A stretch of 47,406 bases of DNA from the IMG/VR virus record IMGVR_UViG_3300024951_000014, positions 1 through 47,406 of that record. One strand, written 5' to 3'. The notes under the pieces were generated by a model. That model was given only the letters and a program-made list of their open reading frames with translations. It had not been told where the DNA came from and searched no databases. Shown piece by piece: positions 8,671 to 17,197 of this stretch. Origin of the DNA: a virus (lineage: Duplodnaviria > Caudoviricetes). Made by a program: the position numbers and the translations under genes. The stretch's first letter is position 1. Each line of letters starts with the position of its first letter.

Positions 8671-8744
8671 AAGCGCTTCTTTTTTACCTTGAACGGGGGT
8701 GAAATGCCAGTATTTTTTGAGAGGAATTTTCAATGCATTTGGAT

Positions 8745-9392
8745 TCAAAGGTCTGAAATTTTCCATCGTGCTCTCCCGCAGATCGTCCATTCTTCTGACA
8801 TTCGGATGATTCGTTCGGGCCAATCTGGATTAAGCGCGAACAGATACTGCTCTTCGCCTTCTTGTTTCAGCTGTTTGAGCGTTGCTGCTTGATCTCTGGT
8901 TCGTTTAGCTGCAACGAAATGGCCCGGCATTGCCTCAAGAGAAGGGTCGATCACGATCTTATCTCCCTCCATAAATTTCGGTTCCATGCTAATCCCTTCG
9001 ACCCGAAGAATAAATGCATGAGGACCGACGGGGCCTGGTGCATCTATCCATTCTTCAGCATCTCTTGGATCGAAAGTGCCATGAGCCTCGCACCAGGCAC
9101 CTGCTGCGATTGATCCTATAACTGGCAATTTACGCCCAGTGTGACTTAGCACTGTGGCGTTGTTGAATTCACCCAATCCGTAGGGCATATCGAGATAGCC
9201 GCTGTGAAGTCCCAAAGCTTTTTCTATCTCGCGGGCAATTTGATCGCCGATACCTTTTGTGGGGTTTTTACCGCCGAAAGCACTCACTTGAGCCGGTGCT
9301 TTGCCCAAAAGGTCAGCCAGGTCAGTCAGGCGAAGCTTTTTCTCAGCCAAGACTCTGCGGAAATTTTGAAGACGCGTATCTGAGATTTTCAT
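8745..9392 (-). CDS. cI: CI-like repressor (HTH plus S24 peptidase)
   Basis: N-terminal HTH, IAAG cleavage site, VEGISMEP (Ser) and ATLKQL (Lys). Confidence 0.93.
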   Translation of the reverse strand: MKISDTRLQNFRRVLAEKKLRLTDLADLLGKAPAQVSAFGGKNPTKGIGDQIAREIEKALGLHSGYLDMPYGLGEFNNATVLSHTGRKLPVIGSIAAGAWCEAHGTFDPRDAEEWIDAPGPVGPHAFILRVEGISMEPKFMEGDKIVIDPSLEAMPGHFVAAKRTRDQAATLKQLKQEGEEQYLFALNPDWPERIIRMSEEWTICGRARWKISDL

Positions 9393-9397
9393 CAGGT

Positions 9398-9470
9398 GAT
9401 TCTGGCTAAATTAACCTTCTAGGTGAATGTCCATGTAGGTATTGCAAAAAATAACCTATATGGTTAAATT
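9398..9470. promoter_or_regulatory. oR region: pR, possible leaderless pRM, CI operators
   Basis: pR TTGCAA(9442-9447)-17 nt-TAAATT(9465-9470). Operators TAACCTTCTAGGTGA (9412-9426) and TAACCTATATGGTTA (9452-9466). cI lacks an RBS and has CAGAAT 6 nt before its ATG. Confidence 0.68.
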
Positions 9471-9490
9471 TGGTGTCGGAGGTACACCAT

Positions 9491-9724
9491 ATGAAGGTAC
9501 GCGATTATATAAACCGTTTGGATTCTGGGGCACTCATGGCCTACGCCGAGCGTTGTGGCATTGCTGTGAGCTATCTGCGACTCCACGTCAAATATGCGAG
9601 TAAAGATCCTAGCGTGTCGTTGATCAAGTCATTGGCCCGAGAGAGCGAAGGTTGCGTTTCACTTGCAGAGGTACTTGAGCATTTTGGTATCACAGAAACA
9701 ATTCCCGCATCCAAAGCAGCATAG
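9491..9724 (+). CDS. cro: Cro-like repressor
   Basis: Small HTH protein divergent from cI; GGAGG RBS. Confidence 0.78.
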   Translation: MKVRDYINRLDSGALMAYAERCGIAVSYLRLHVKYASKDPSVSLIKSLARESEGCVSLAEVLEHFGITETIPASKAA

Positions 9725-9818
9725 CTAGAAAAAAGGCGACCAAAAGGCCGCCCAGTTTCTCCCGGCACGCACCACCACAGCGCTGTCGGGTCGCAGTAAA
9801 GGAAGGCGGGCACACCAC

Positions 9819-9911
9819 ATGCTAACCACCTCTCTTTACTGCGCTTTCCAAGGCACGGATGCCTTGGTGTTGCTGCCTTTTCCACCACAGATTGGGCAGC
9901 GGTTGCGCTAG
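9819..9911 (+). CDS. Possible 30-aa micro-ORF
   Basis: AAGGAAGG upstream of ATG; MLTTSLYCAFQGTDALVLLPFPPQIGQRLR. Confidence 0.3.
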   Translation: MLTTSLYCAFQGTDALVLLPFPPQIGQRLR

Positions 9912-10055
9912 GGGGGAGCAACGGATTGCTCGCCCCGGCACGGTGCCGGTTTTGGTCTTGCGGACCTCGCCGGCGTTTGGGCCCTTTCAAGCCACGCGGC
10001 AAATGTATCACCACTGCATGTCGCGCGGCACTGGCAACTTATAAGGATTAATGCC

Positions 10056-10574
10056 ATGAGCCGAATCGCTCTGAGTTCTGTTGAGCGGGCGCAGCGGGAA
10101 GTTCTGCCGCTCGATCTCGCGCTTTATCACGCTGCTCGGGACTATCCCGGTGGCGCCGCAGCAATCGCCGCCACCACCGGCAGAAACGCCACCACGCTGC
10201 AGCACAAACTCTCTCCCACACACCCCAGCCACACGGTGAACATTCAGGAGTTCGGCGAGATCCTGGAGTTGACCAAGGATCGCCGCATTCTGGATGCGGT
10301 GCATGCGCTGGTCGGTGATACGACTTGGCAGGAACTGGCCGAGGCGTACACCAATGACATGCCCGAGACGCTGACCACTGGCATTGCTGAGTATTTTCGG
10401 CAGGTGGCGGATCTGGCCGATACGTGGGCTAAAAGCATCGGCGATGGGGTGGTGTCCGACGAGGAGTTGGCCGCCATCCGCCTGCAGGTGTTTCGCGGGA
10501 TTCAGGGGTTGCTGGGGATGTTTAACCGCGCCACGTATGTCAACCAGACCACGCGGGGTGCAGACCGTGGCTGA
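10056..10574 (+). CDS. Phage regulatory CII-family protein
   Basis: YPGGAAAIA...TLQHKLSP..PSH and DGVVSDEE pattern of the 186/HP1-type CII family. Confidence 0.82.
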   Translation: MSRIALSSVERAQREVLPLDLALYHAARDYPGGAAAIAATTGRNATTLQHKLSPTHPSHTVNIQEFGEILELTKDRRILDAVHALVGDTTWQELAEAYTNDMPETLTTGIAEYFRQVADLADTWAKSIGDGVVSDEELAAIRLQVFRGIQGLLGMFNRATYVNQTTRGADRG

Positions 10575-10782
10575 CTGGGCGGATATGGCGGGGGAGATTC
10601 TGGAGCGTTCTGAGGAAGCTTTTGCCGCGCGCAAGCCTATGCAAGTAGCTGACTCGCGCAAGACCTGCATTGACTGTGAGGAGCCTATCTCTCCTGCGCG
10701 TCGGGCGGCTTCGCAAGGTTGCAAGCGTTGCACGGAGTGCGAAGAACTCAAGGCCAAGCAAGGGGGGCATTATGCTCGATGA
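10567..10782 (+). CDS. TraR/DksA C4 zinc-finger protein
   Basis: GTG start; ADWAD...CIDCEEPISPARR....GCKRCTEC. Confidence 0.85.
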   Translation: MADWADMAGEILERSEEAFAARKPMQVADSRKTCIDCEEPISPARRAASQGCKRCTECEELKAKQGGHYAR

Positions 10783-12988
10783 AGTCTTGGGTCAATTCGC
10801 AGACTATGGCCTTGAGCCTGAGCAGCCGTTGATCTTTGGCAAGCTCACCCGATGCAAGACTGCCCAGGACAAGGGCAAGGAAAAGAACGGCTGGTATGTC
10901 ATCCATGAGCATCGGACCGAGAAGAACGAGACGCTGATTTTCGGCAGCTTTGGTGATTGGCGTTCGGGTGAGACACAGAAGATCAAAGTCAAAGCCGGTC
11001 GGATGTCGCCAGAAGAGCGTGAGGTGATGCGTGCACGACAGGAGGAGGCCAAGCGCCGTGCTGCCGAGATCGCAGCGAATGCAGCGCGTCGTGCGGCGAA
11101 TCGGGCAGCGGGGTTGTTCGAACGCATGCCGGAGAAGGGGCGCAGCGACTATCTGGATCGAAAGCAGATTGTTGGTTTTGGCGTTCGATATGCACCGCGC
11201 TCAGGCGCGTTTTTGGTGCCTATGTGTAACGTGCGGGATCAGATCGTCGGGCTGCAGGTGGTGTTTCCGGCCAAGCAAGAAGACACCGGCCGGGACAAGT
11301 CCTACTGGCCTTACGGCATGTCGAAGGAGGGTGCTTTTCACCTGATCGGGCCGCACCCGGAGCCGGGTGAGCCGGTGCTGGTGTGTGAGGGTTACGCCAC
11401 TGGTGCCAGCCTGCATATGGCGACTTCGCTGACTGTGGCCATCGCTTTTGATGCGGGCAATTTGTTGGTGGTTTGCAAGGCCATGCGCGAGCGATTCCCC
11501 GGTTGCCCGCTGATTGTTTGCCGGGATGATGACTGGAAGACGAAACGCCCGAATGGTGAGCCCTGGAACCCGGGTGAAGAGAAGGCGAACAACGCCGCGT
11601 TGATTGTTGGCGGGCAGGTGGTCGCGCCGATCTTCTCGGGTGAGCGGGAAGACAAATGGACCGACTTTAATGACCTGCATATTGCCGAAGGTTTGGACGC
11701 AGTACGCCGCCAGGTGTTGGCGGTGGTCAAGCCACCGGCTGCAGGCGGTTGGAAGGATATGTTGGCCCGCAGCGAAAGCGGTGCCTTGATCGCGCATATG
11801 CAGAACGTTGAGCTGATCCTCGGGAATGATGAGCGTTGGGCTGGGGTGATTGGTTATAGCGTGTTCAGTTCGAAGATCATCAAGTTGCGCGCGGCACCTT
11901 ATGGCGGTGGTGCAGGTGACTGGGCTGACATCGATGATATGCGGGTGATGAAGTGGCTCGCGCAGCAGTACAACCTGCGGGTTAAGGCATCTCATGTGGT
12001 TGAGGCGGTCAGTGTGGTCGCGCATGACCACGCCTTTCACCCGGTGCGTGAATACCTGGAAAAGCTTGTGTGGGATCGTGTCCCTCGGTTGGATAGTTGG
12101 TTGACTGATGTACTCGGCGTTGAGGCCAGCGACTACTCGGCCAAGGTGGGCAAGCGTTGGCCGATCTCGGCGGTGGCTCGGGTGATGCGCCCGGGCTGCA
12201 AGGCCGACTCGGTGATGATCCTCGAAGGCGGGCAGGGTGAAGGTAAGTCTACAGCGATGGGGATTCTCGGCGGTGAGTGGTTTATGGATACACCGTTCGC
12301 CCTTGGTGATAAGGACAGCTTTCAGGCGATTCGCGGTAAGTGGATTGTCGAGCTGGGGGAGTTGGATAGCTTCAACAAGGCCGAGAGTACCAAGGCCAAG
12401 CAGTTCTTTTCGGCGTCCATCGATACCTACCGCGAGAGTTACGGCCGCAGAACGAATGACGTGCCACGCCAGTGTGTTTTCGTGGGTACTACCAACCAAG
12501 AGGAATACCTCAAGGACGCCACGGGCAACCGGCGTTATTGGCCGGTGTTCTGCAACAAGGTCGACCTCGATGCCTTGCGCGAGATACGTGACCAGCTATG
12601 GGCCGAGGCGGTGTTTTGCTATGAGGCCGGTGATATCTGGTGGGTGACCAAGGATGAGTCGCAGATGTTTGCCGAGGCGCAGGATGAGCGCTTTGTGGTG
12701 GACGAGTGGGAGGGGCCGATACTGCATTGGTTGGAGGAGTCACAGATTGGCGAAACTACGACTGGCAATGACATTCTGAGTCAGGCCTTGAAACTGGATT
12801 TCGGCCATTGGGGTAAGCCAGAGCAGATGCGCGTTGGGGCGATCATGCATCGGCTTGGCTGGCGTAAGAAGCGCCTGACGGCATTGCCGAAAAGCGGTGT
12901 GCGGCAATGGGCTTATCAGAAGCCGGCCACTTGGGGGCGTTGTTCTGCATTGCAGCAGGCACCGATTGAGGAGCCTTGCTTTGATTAA
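10772..12988 (+). CDS. Toprim primase - VapE-family helicase (replication protein)
   Basis: VCEGYATGAS, DAGNL, DDD and TDFNDL (Toprim); Walker A GGQGEGKST and DATGNRRYWP (VapE). Confidence 0.9.
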   Translation: MLDEVLGQFADYGLEPEQPLIFGKLTRCKTAQDKGKEKNGWYVIHEHRTEKNETLIFGSFGDWRSGETQKIKVKAGRMSPEEREVMRARQEEAKRRAAEIAANAARRAANRAAGLFERMPEKGRSDYLDRKQIVGFGVRYAPRSGAFLVPMCNVRDQIVGLQVVFPAKQEDTGRDKSYWPYGMSKEGAFHLIGPHPEPGEPVLVCEGYATGASLHMATSLTVAIAFDAGNLLVVCKAMRERFPGCPLIVCRDDDWKTKRPNGEPWNPGEEKANNAALIVGGQVVAPIFSGEREDKWTDFNDLHIAEGLDAVRRQVLAVVKPPAAGGWKDMLARSESGALIAHMQNVELILGNDERWAGVIGYSVFSSKIIKLRAAPYGGGAGDWADIDDMRVMKWLAQQYNLRVKASHVVEAVSVVAHDHAFHPVREYLEKLVWDRVPRLDSWLTDVLGVEASDYSAKVGKRWPISAVARVMRPGCKADSVMILEGGQGEGKSTAMGILGGEWFMDTPFALGDKDSFQAIRGKWIVELGELDSFNKAESTKAKQFFSASIDTYRESYGRRTNDVPRQCVFVGTTNQEEYLKDATGNRRYWPVFCNKVDLDALREIRDQLWAEAVFCYEAGDIWWVTKDESQMFAEAQDERFVVDEWEGPILHWLEESQIGETTTGNDILSQALKLDFGHWGKPEQMRVGAIMHRLGWRKKRLTALPKSGVRQWAYQKPATWGRCSALQQAPIEEPCFD

Positions 12989-13346
12989 GCGTATCGATGA
13001 GATGCTCAAGCTTTGGGCGCAGGATCTGCATTCGCCGGTGCCCGAAAGCTATGGCGGGGCAAGTGGCGGGAACATGATCGCGATGCTGATGGAGTGCAAG
13101 GGGGAGCTGATACGGGGGACTCGTGGTAGTCGGGTGTTGTTGGATGAGTCGGCGGATATTGAGTTGATCGTCAATAAGCACCTGGCACCTGAGTTGGCTT
13201 TGGTGGTGTGGGAGCACTACTGCAACCATGAAAGCTTTCTGTCGCAGAAGATGTTGCACTGTGGGTGTAGCGCGCCGACCTACTACCGTTGGTTGCATGA
13301 TGCCCATGTGAACATCGAAGGCTTGCTGATGGGGAAGGCTGCATGA
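12981..13346 (+). CDS. Putative Q-like late antiterminator/regulator
   Basis: TTG start overlapping the primase stop. C-terminal HTH-like CGCSAPTYYRWLHDAH; lies upstream of the late operon. Confidence 0.55.
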   Translation: MIKRIDEMLKLWAQDLHSPVPESYGGASGGNMIAMLMECKGELIRGTRGSRVLLDESADIELIVNKHLAPELALVVWEHYCNHESFLSQKMLHCGCSAPTYYRWLHDAHVNIEGLLMGKAA

Positions 13347-13370
13347 CCTTTGGTATCAATCCGTCCGTCA

Positions 13371-13649
13371 CTGTCCTACCGTCCGGCCTCGTCCTACTGT
13401 CATCTACAGCAGTAGGACAGGCGCAGGCCGCGTTGTTGCTGGGCTGTCCTACTGTCCAACCTTCACCCGCGTCATGCACACATATGCGTAGCGGGCACGT
13501 ATTCGCGCCTATGGCGCGTACGCGTGCTTTTAGCTTTCTCTCTATACACGAGAGAAAAGTAAAAAAGGTAGGACAGTAGGGCAGCGCCGCGAATTTAGGG
13601 GGCTCCAACTGTCCTACTTCGATTCTGAATGGTGGGACAGGTAGGACAG
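13371..13649. repeat. Mirror-symmetric array of ten CTGTCCTAC-type repeats (putative replication origin)
   Basis: Forward copies at 13371, 13391 (partial), 13444, 13452 and 13609; reverse copies at 13412, 13568, 13576, 13632 and 13641. Confidence 0.7.
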
Positions 13650-13819
13650 CGCCAGAGGCGCTGAAGGCCGAAAAAAAGATATTCACCGACATTGCCTAGA
13701 CGTAGCCCAGACATTCACCGGGTGGCATTAAAGTGGGGTTGCTGCCATGAGAATCCACCTGTAAAAAGTAGTCATCTTCGATAGGTGCGACCGCAGAGAG
13801 CGGCAGGCACCACACCACC

Positions 13820-13844
13820 AAACCCGGCCATTGCGCCGGGTTTT
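13820..13844 (+). terminator. Intrinsic terminator ahead of the late operon
   Basis: AAACCCGGC-cattgc-GCCGGGTTTT. Confidence 0.55.
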
Positions 13845-13863
13845 CGCGTTTATGGGGTAGGCG

Positions 13864-14208
13864 ATGACGAATGAGCAGCAGGCGTTGGTAGATATGCCGG
13901 TTTGGATGGTGATTGTCTTGTCGCTGGTCGGCGGCGTGTCCGGTGAGATGTGGCGAGCTGACAAGGCAGGGGTGCGGGGTTGGCCGCTGGTGAGGCGATT
14001 GGCGCTGCGGTCCGGTGCCTGCGTTGCTTGCGGGTTGTCGACGATGATGCTGCTGCATGCCGCCGGGGTTTCGATTGTTGCAGCAGGGGGCATCGGATGT
14101 TTGACGGCCATGGCCGGCGCCGATGTAGCCATCGGGTTGTACGAACGCTGGGCGGCAAAGCGGTTGGGCCTCTCCGATCTGCCACCGAACGGTGGCGGGG
14201 AGGCCTGA
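13864..14208 (+). CDS. Holin (pyocin/Pseudomonas phage type)
   Basis: Three hydrophobic helices; GGVSGEMWRADK signature. Confidence 0.85.
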   Translation: MTNEQQALVDMPVWMVIVLSLVGGVSGEMWRADKAGVRGWPLVRRLALRSGACVACGLSTMMLLHAAGVSIVAAGGIGCLTAMAGADVAIGLYERWAAKRLGLSDLPPNGGGEA

Positions 14209-14216
14209 AATCGCCG

Positions 14217-14345
14217 GGGACCCTGGGGTTATCCGGTGGGTACGGGGTCGGAAACCCGCGGGAAAGCGTTAGCGGCAGGGTTGCCAGCTTACTGAAATTC
14301 AATCCATTGAAATTGAAAGGTTTTCATTGAAAAGCCGTTGAAAAA
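14217..14345 (+). promoter_or_regulatory. Lambda-like cos site (predicted 12-nt cohesive end GGGTCGGAAACC at 14245-14256)
   Basis: TACG-GGGTCGGAAACC-CGCGGG parallels lambda TACG-GGGCGGCGACCT-CGCGGG. A cosQ-like GGGACCC lies upstream and TGAAA repeats lie downstream, before terS. Confidence 0.68.
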
Positions 14346-14354
14346 GGAGGGCTC

Positions 14355-14957
14355 ATGACAGAACCAACCTACCTGTCAAAGAGCGCTTTCGCGGCTCGCA
14401 TCGGCAGGTCTCCCAGTTACATCACCTGGTTGAAAGACAACAACCGCTTGGTGCTTTCATCGGATGGCAAGAAAGTCGATGTCCTTGCGACCGAGGCATT
14501 GATCGCCGACACCGCTGACCCGAGCAAGGCCGCCGTTGTGGCTCGTCACCACCAAGACCGGCTTCAGCGTGATGTTTACAGCCAACTGACTCCAAGGGCT
14601 GAGCCGACTTCAACGGCTGCGCCGCCGCACGCGTTAACACCTGCGGGGCAGCAACCCGATTTCCACAAGTCCCGAGCACTGCGTGAGCAGAGTCTTGCGG
14701 AGCTGAGCGTGATTGAACTACGCACAAAGCAGGGCTTGCTTGTCGAGCGTGAGGCCGTTGAAGTTAGCGCATACAACGCAGGCCGCCTGTTGCGTGATCA
14801 GTTGCTACGGCTGTCGTCCCAGCTTTCATCTGAGTTCGCGGCTATGACGGATCCCTGGGAAATCGAACGACACCTGACGGCAGAGTTGCGTCGAACGCTC
14901 GAGGACGCCGAGCGACTATCTGCGGCAGACCTCGATCAAGCAATTTCAGTGAGCTAA
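14355..14957 (+). CDS. Terminase small subunit (Nu1-like)
   Basis: N-terminal wHTH (LSKSAFAARIGRSPSYIT); directly before the large subunit. Confidence 0.85.
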   Translation: MTEPTYLSKSAFAARIGRSPSYITWLKDNNRLVLSSDGKKVDVLATEALIADTADPSKAAVVARHHQDRLQRDVYSQLTPRAEPTSTAAPPHALTPAGQQPDFHKSRALREQSLAELSVIELRTKQGLLVEREAVEVSAYNAGRLLRDQLLRLSSQLSSEFAAMTDPWEIERHLTAELRRTLEDAERLSAADLDQAISVS

Positions 14958-14961
14958 CGCT

Positions 14962-16989
14962 ATGTCAGAAGAGTTTCCTGATGGTGCAGAGGTGTACCGC
15001 GAATCGTATTTTCGTGGCCTTAGACCCGACCCCGATCTTTGGGTCGACGAGTGGGCAGACGAGTTCATGCGCATTCCAAAAGATACGGGAGCGCCAGAGC
15101 CCGGTAAGTATCGGACTGCGCGCACACCCTACGCCCGTGAGCCCATGCGTTGTTTGTCTCCTGCTCACCCGTGTCGTCGTGTGGTCACGATGGTGGCCTC
15201 ACAGCTTATGAAAACCCAGATCGCCTTGAACTGGATTGGTGCCTTGATCCATATGGCTCCTTCCAACATCCTGGCTTTGCTGCCCAATTTGACCTTGTCC
15301 AAACGGGTTTCCGGACGGATCAAAAAGACTATCAAGGCAACACCCGTACTGAGCGAGCGTGTTGCCGCTAACCGTTCTCGTGACACATCTAACACGATGG
15401 ACACCAAGGAGTTCGAGGGCGGCTCGCTGTACGTCAACACTGCTGGGTCGGCCGCCAACTTGTCCGAGCTATCCGCACGTTACATCTATGGTGACGAGGT
15501 AGATCGTTGGGAAAACGATGTAGGGCAAGAGGGCGATCCTGTTGCACTGGCTGAGACTCGAGCGACAAACTTTGGCCGCAACGCCAAGATTTATTTCTCA
15601 AGTTCCCCGACCATCAAGGGCGCGTCGCGGATCGCTGACCTCTTCGAGGCGAGTGACCAGCGCTATTACTATGTTCCCTGCCCGGCCTGCGGCTTTATGC
15701 AAGTGTTGGAGTGGGAGCGCCTGCTCTACGGTGAGGACTTCAAGAATGTGCATTACCAGTGCGCCGGGCCTGAATGTGACGTTCTGATTGAAGAGCATCA
15801 CAAGAGCAACATGCTCGCTCGTGGCGAATGGCGTGCACATGGCAAGGAAGGCGGCCAGACGGTCGGCTTCCATCTCAACGCGCTGTATTCGCCAATAGGT
15901 TGGCTGTCCTGGCAGTCGTTGGCGATGGAGTTCGAAGAAGCTAAGACATCACAGAAAGCCGGTGAAATGGGCTTGATGCAGGTGTTTTATAACACCCGGC
16001 TTGCCAAGGTTTGGGATAGCGCTCAAGAGCAAACCAAAGCCGAGGTCCTGCGTGATCGGTCAAGGCTAGAACTTTACGGTTTAGGTTCGATGCCGGCAGC
16101 GGTGCTGATGCTGACCGGAGCGGTCGATGTACAGGCTAATCGCTTGGAGTTAATGGTCATGGGCTTCGGTGTTGGTATGGAGCGCTGGGTTGTTGACTTC
16201 CAGGTGGTCTGGGGAGATCCCGCAAAGGAAAGTACATGGTTGGTGCTGGACGAAAAGCTCAAGGCTCGCTACCGACATCCGTGCGGTGTGGGTCTTGCAA
16301 TTCTCGCAACGGCGGTCGACTCCGGCGGTCATCATACTGATGAGGTGTATCAGTTCTGCCGCCTGCGACGTTGGCGCAACGTGTTTGCAGTTAAGGGTGC
16401 GAGCAAGCCCGGCAGGAATGTCATTGCACAGCGTCCGTCCATGATGGATGTGACCTGGAAAGGTCAGACCGAACGCAATGGCGTTGAGCTGTGGTTTGTA
16501 GGGACAGACACTGCGAAGGATTGGATCTATAACCGCTATTCATTTGAATCGGGACCTGGTGCGCTCCACTTTCCTAATGATCTGCCGGATGAGTTCTTTG
16601 ACCAGTGCGTAGCCGAGCATAAGGTTGCTCGCAAGGTTAGGGGGAAGGTGCGTACCGAGTGGGTGAAGGGGCATGGCGAACGCAACGAAGCCCTCGACCT
16701 GATGGTGTATAGCCTGGCCATGGCGCACTACTTGGGCATCAACCGGTATCAGGAGCATGACTGGGATCGGGTACGGCAGGCCCTGGCCCAGTCTGGCTTG
16801 TTTGACGACGCCTTGGGCATCAAGCCTGTACGGGGCGAGCGTGTCGAGGAAGACGAAATTGCTGTGCCTGTGGCCGTAAGACAGGCGCAGCCCGCACCAC
16901 CACCTGCTGCCCCGGTCGTGCAACCGCGACCTGCAGCATCACCACCTCAACGCCGCAGCTCCACCAGCGGTTACCTCAAGAGACGCTGA
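14962..16989 (+). CDS. Terminase large subunit (lambda GpA family)
   Basis: ASQLMKT, GDEVDRW, SSPTIKG, VPCPACG and RNEALD. Confidence 0.95.
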   Translation: MSEEFPDGAEVYRESYFRGLRPDPDLWVDEWADEFMRIPKDTGAPEPGKYRTARTPYAREPMRCLSPAHPCRRVVTMVASQLMKTQIALNWIGALIHMAPSNILALLPNLTLSKRVSGRIKKTIKATPVLSERVAANRSRDTSNTMDTKEFEGGSLYVNTAGSAANLSELSARYIYGDEVDRWENDVGQEGDPVALAETRATNFGRNAKIYFSSSPTIKGASRIADLFEASDQRYYYVPCPACGFMQVLEWERLLYGEDFKNVHYQCAGPECDVLIEEHHKSNMLARGEWRAHGKEGGQTVGFHLNALYSPIGWLSWQSLAMEFEEAKTSQKAGEMGLMQVFYNTRLAKVWDSAQEQTKAEVLRDRSRLELYGLGSMPAAVLMLTGAVDVQANRLELMVMGFGVGMERWVVDFQVVWGDPAKESTWLVLDEKLKARYRHPCGVGLAILATAVDSGGHHTDEVYQFCRLRRWRNVFAVKGASKPGRNVIAQRPSMMDVTWKGQTERNGVELWFVGTDTAKDWIYNRYSFESGPGALHFPNDLPDEFFDQCVAEHKVARKVRGKVRTEWVKGHGERNEALDLMVYSLAMAHYLGINRYQEHDWDRVRQALAQSGLFDDALGIKPVRGERVEEDEIAVPVAVRQAQPAPPPAAPVVQPRPAASPPQRRSSTSGYLKRR

Positions 16990-16990
16990 T

Positions 16991-17197
16991 ATGTCCTTTA
17001 CCCAAAAGCACCTCGACGCGGTTGAGGCGGCCATCGCTCGGGGTGAAAAAGTCGTGCGCTACACCGACCGCACCGTCGAATACCGCACAGTCGACGAGCT
17101 GCTCAAAGCACGCGAAGAAATACGCATGTCACTGATCAGTGCGGCCGGGCCACGCTCTCGGGTGGTTCGGTTGTACCACGGAGGCAAAGGACTCTAA
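16991..17197 (+). CDS. Head-tail joining protein (gpW-like)
   Basis: 68 aa between terL and portal; V.Y.DRTVEYRTVDEL. Confidence 0.85.
   Translation: MSFTQKHLDAVEAAIARGEKVVRYTDRTVEYRTVDELLKAREEIRMSLISAAGPRSRVVRLYHGGKGL

Noticed and set aside
8626-8823. 65-aa ORF overlapping the cI end and the ncRNA
   Set aside because: No RBS or motif; the region is better explained as an RNA leader.
13343-13579. 78-aa ORF after the Q-like gene
   Set aside because: It coincides with the repeat array and has no protein-like features.
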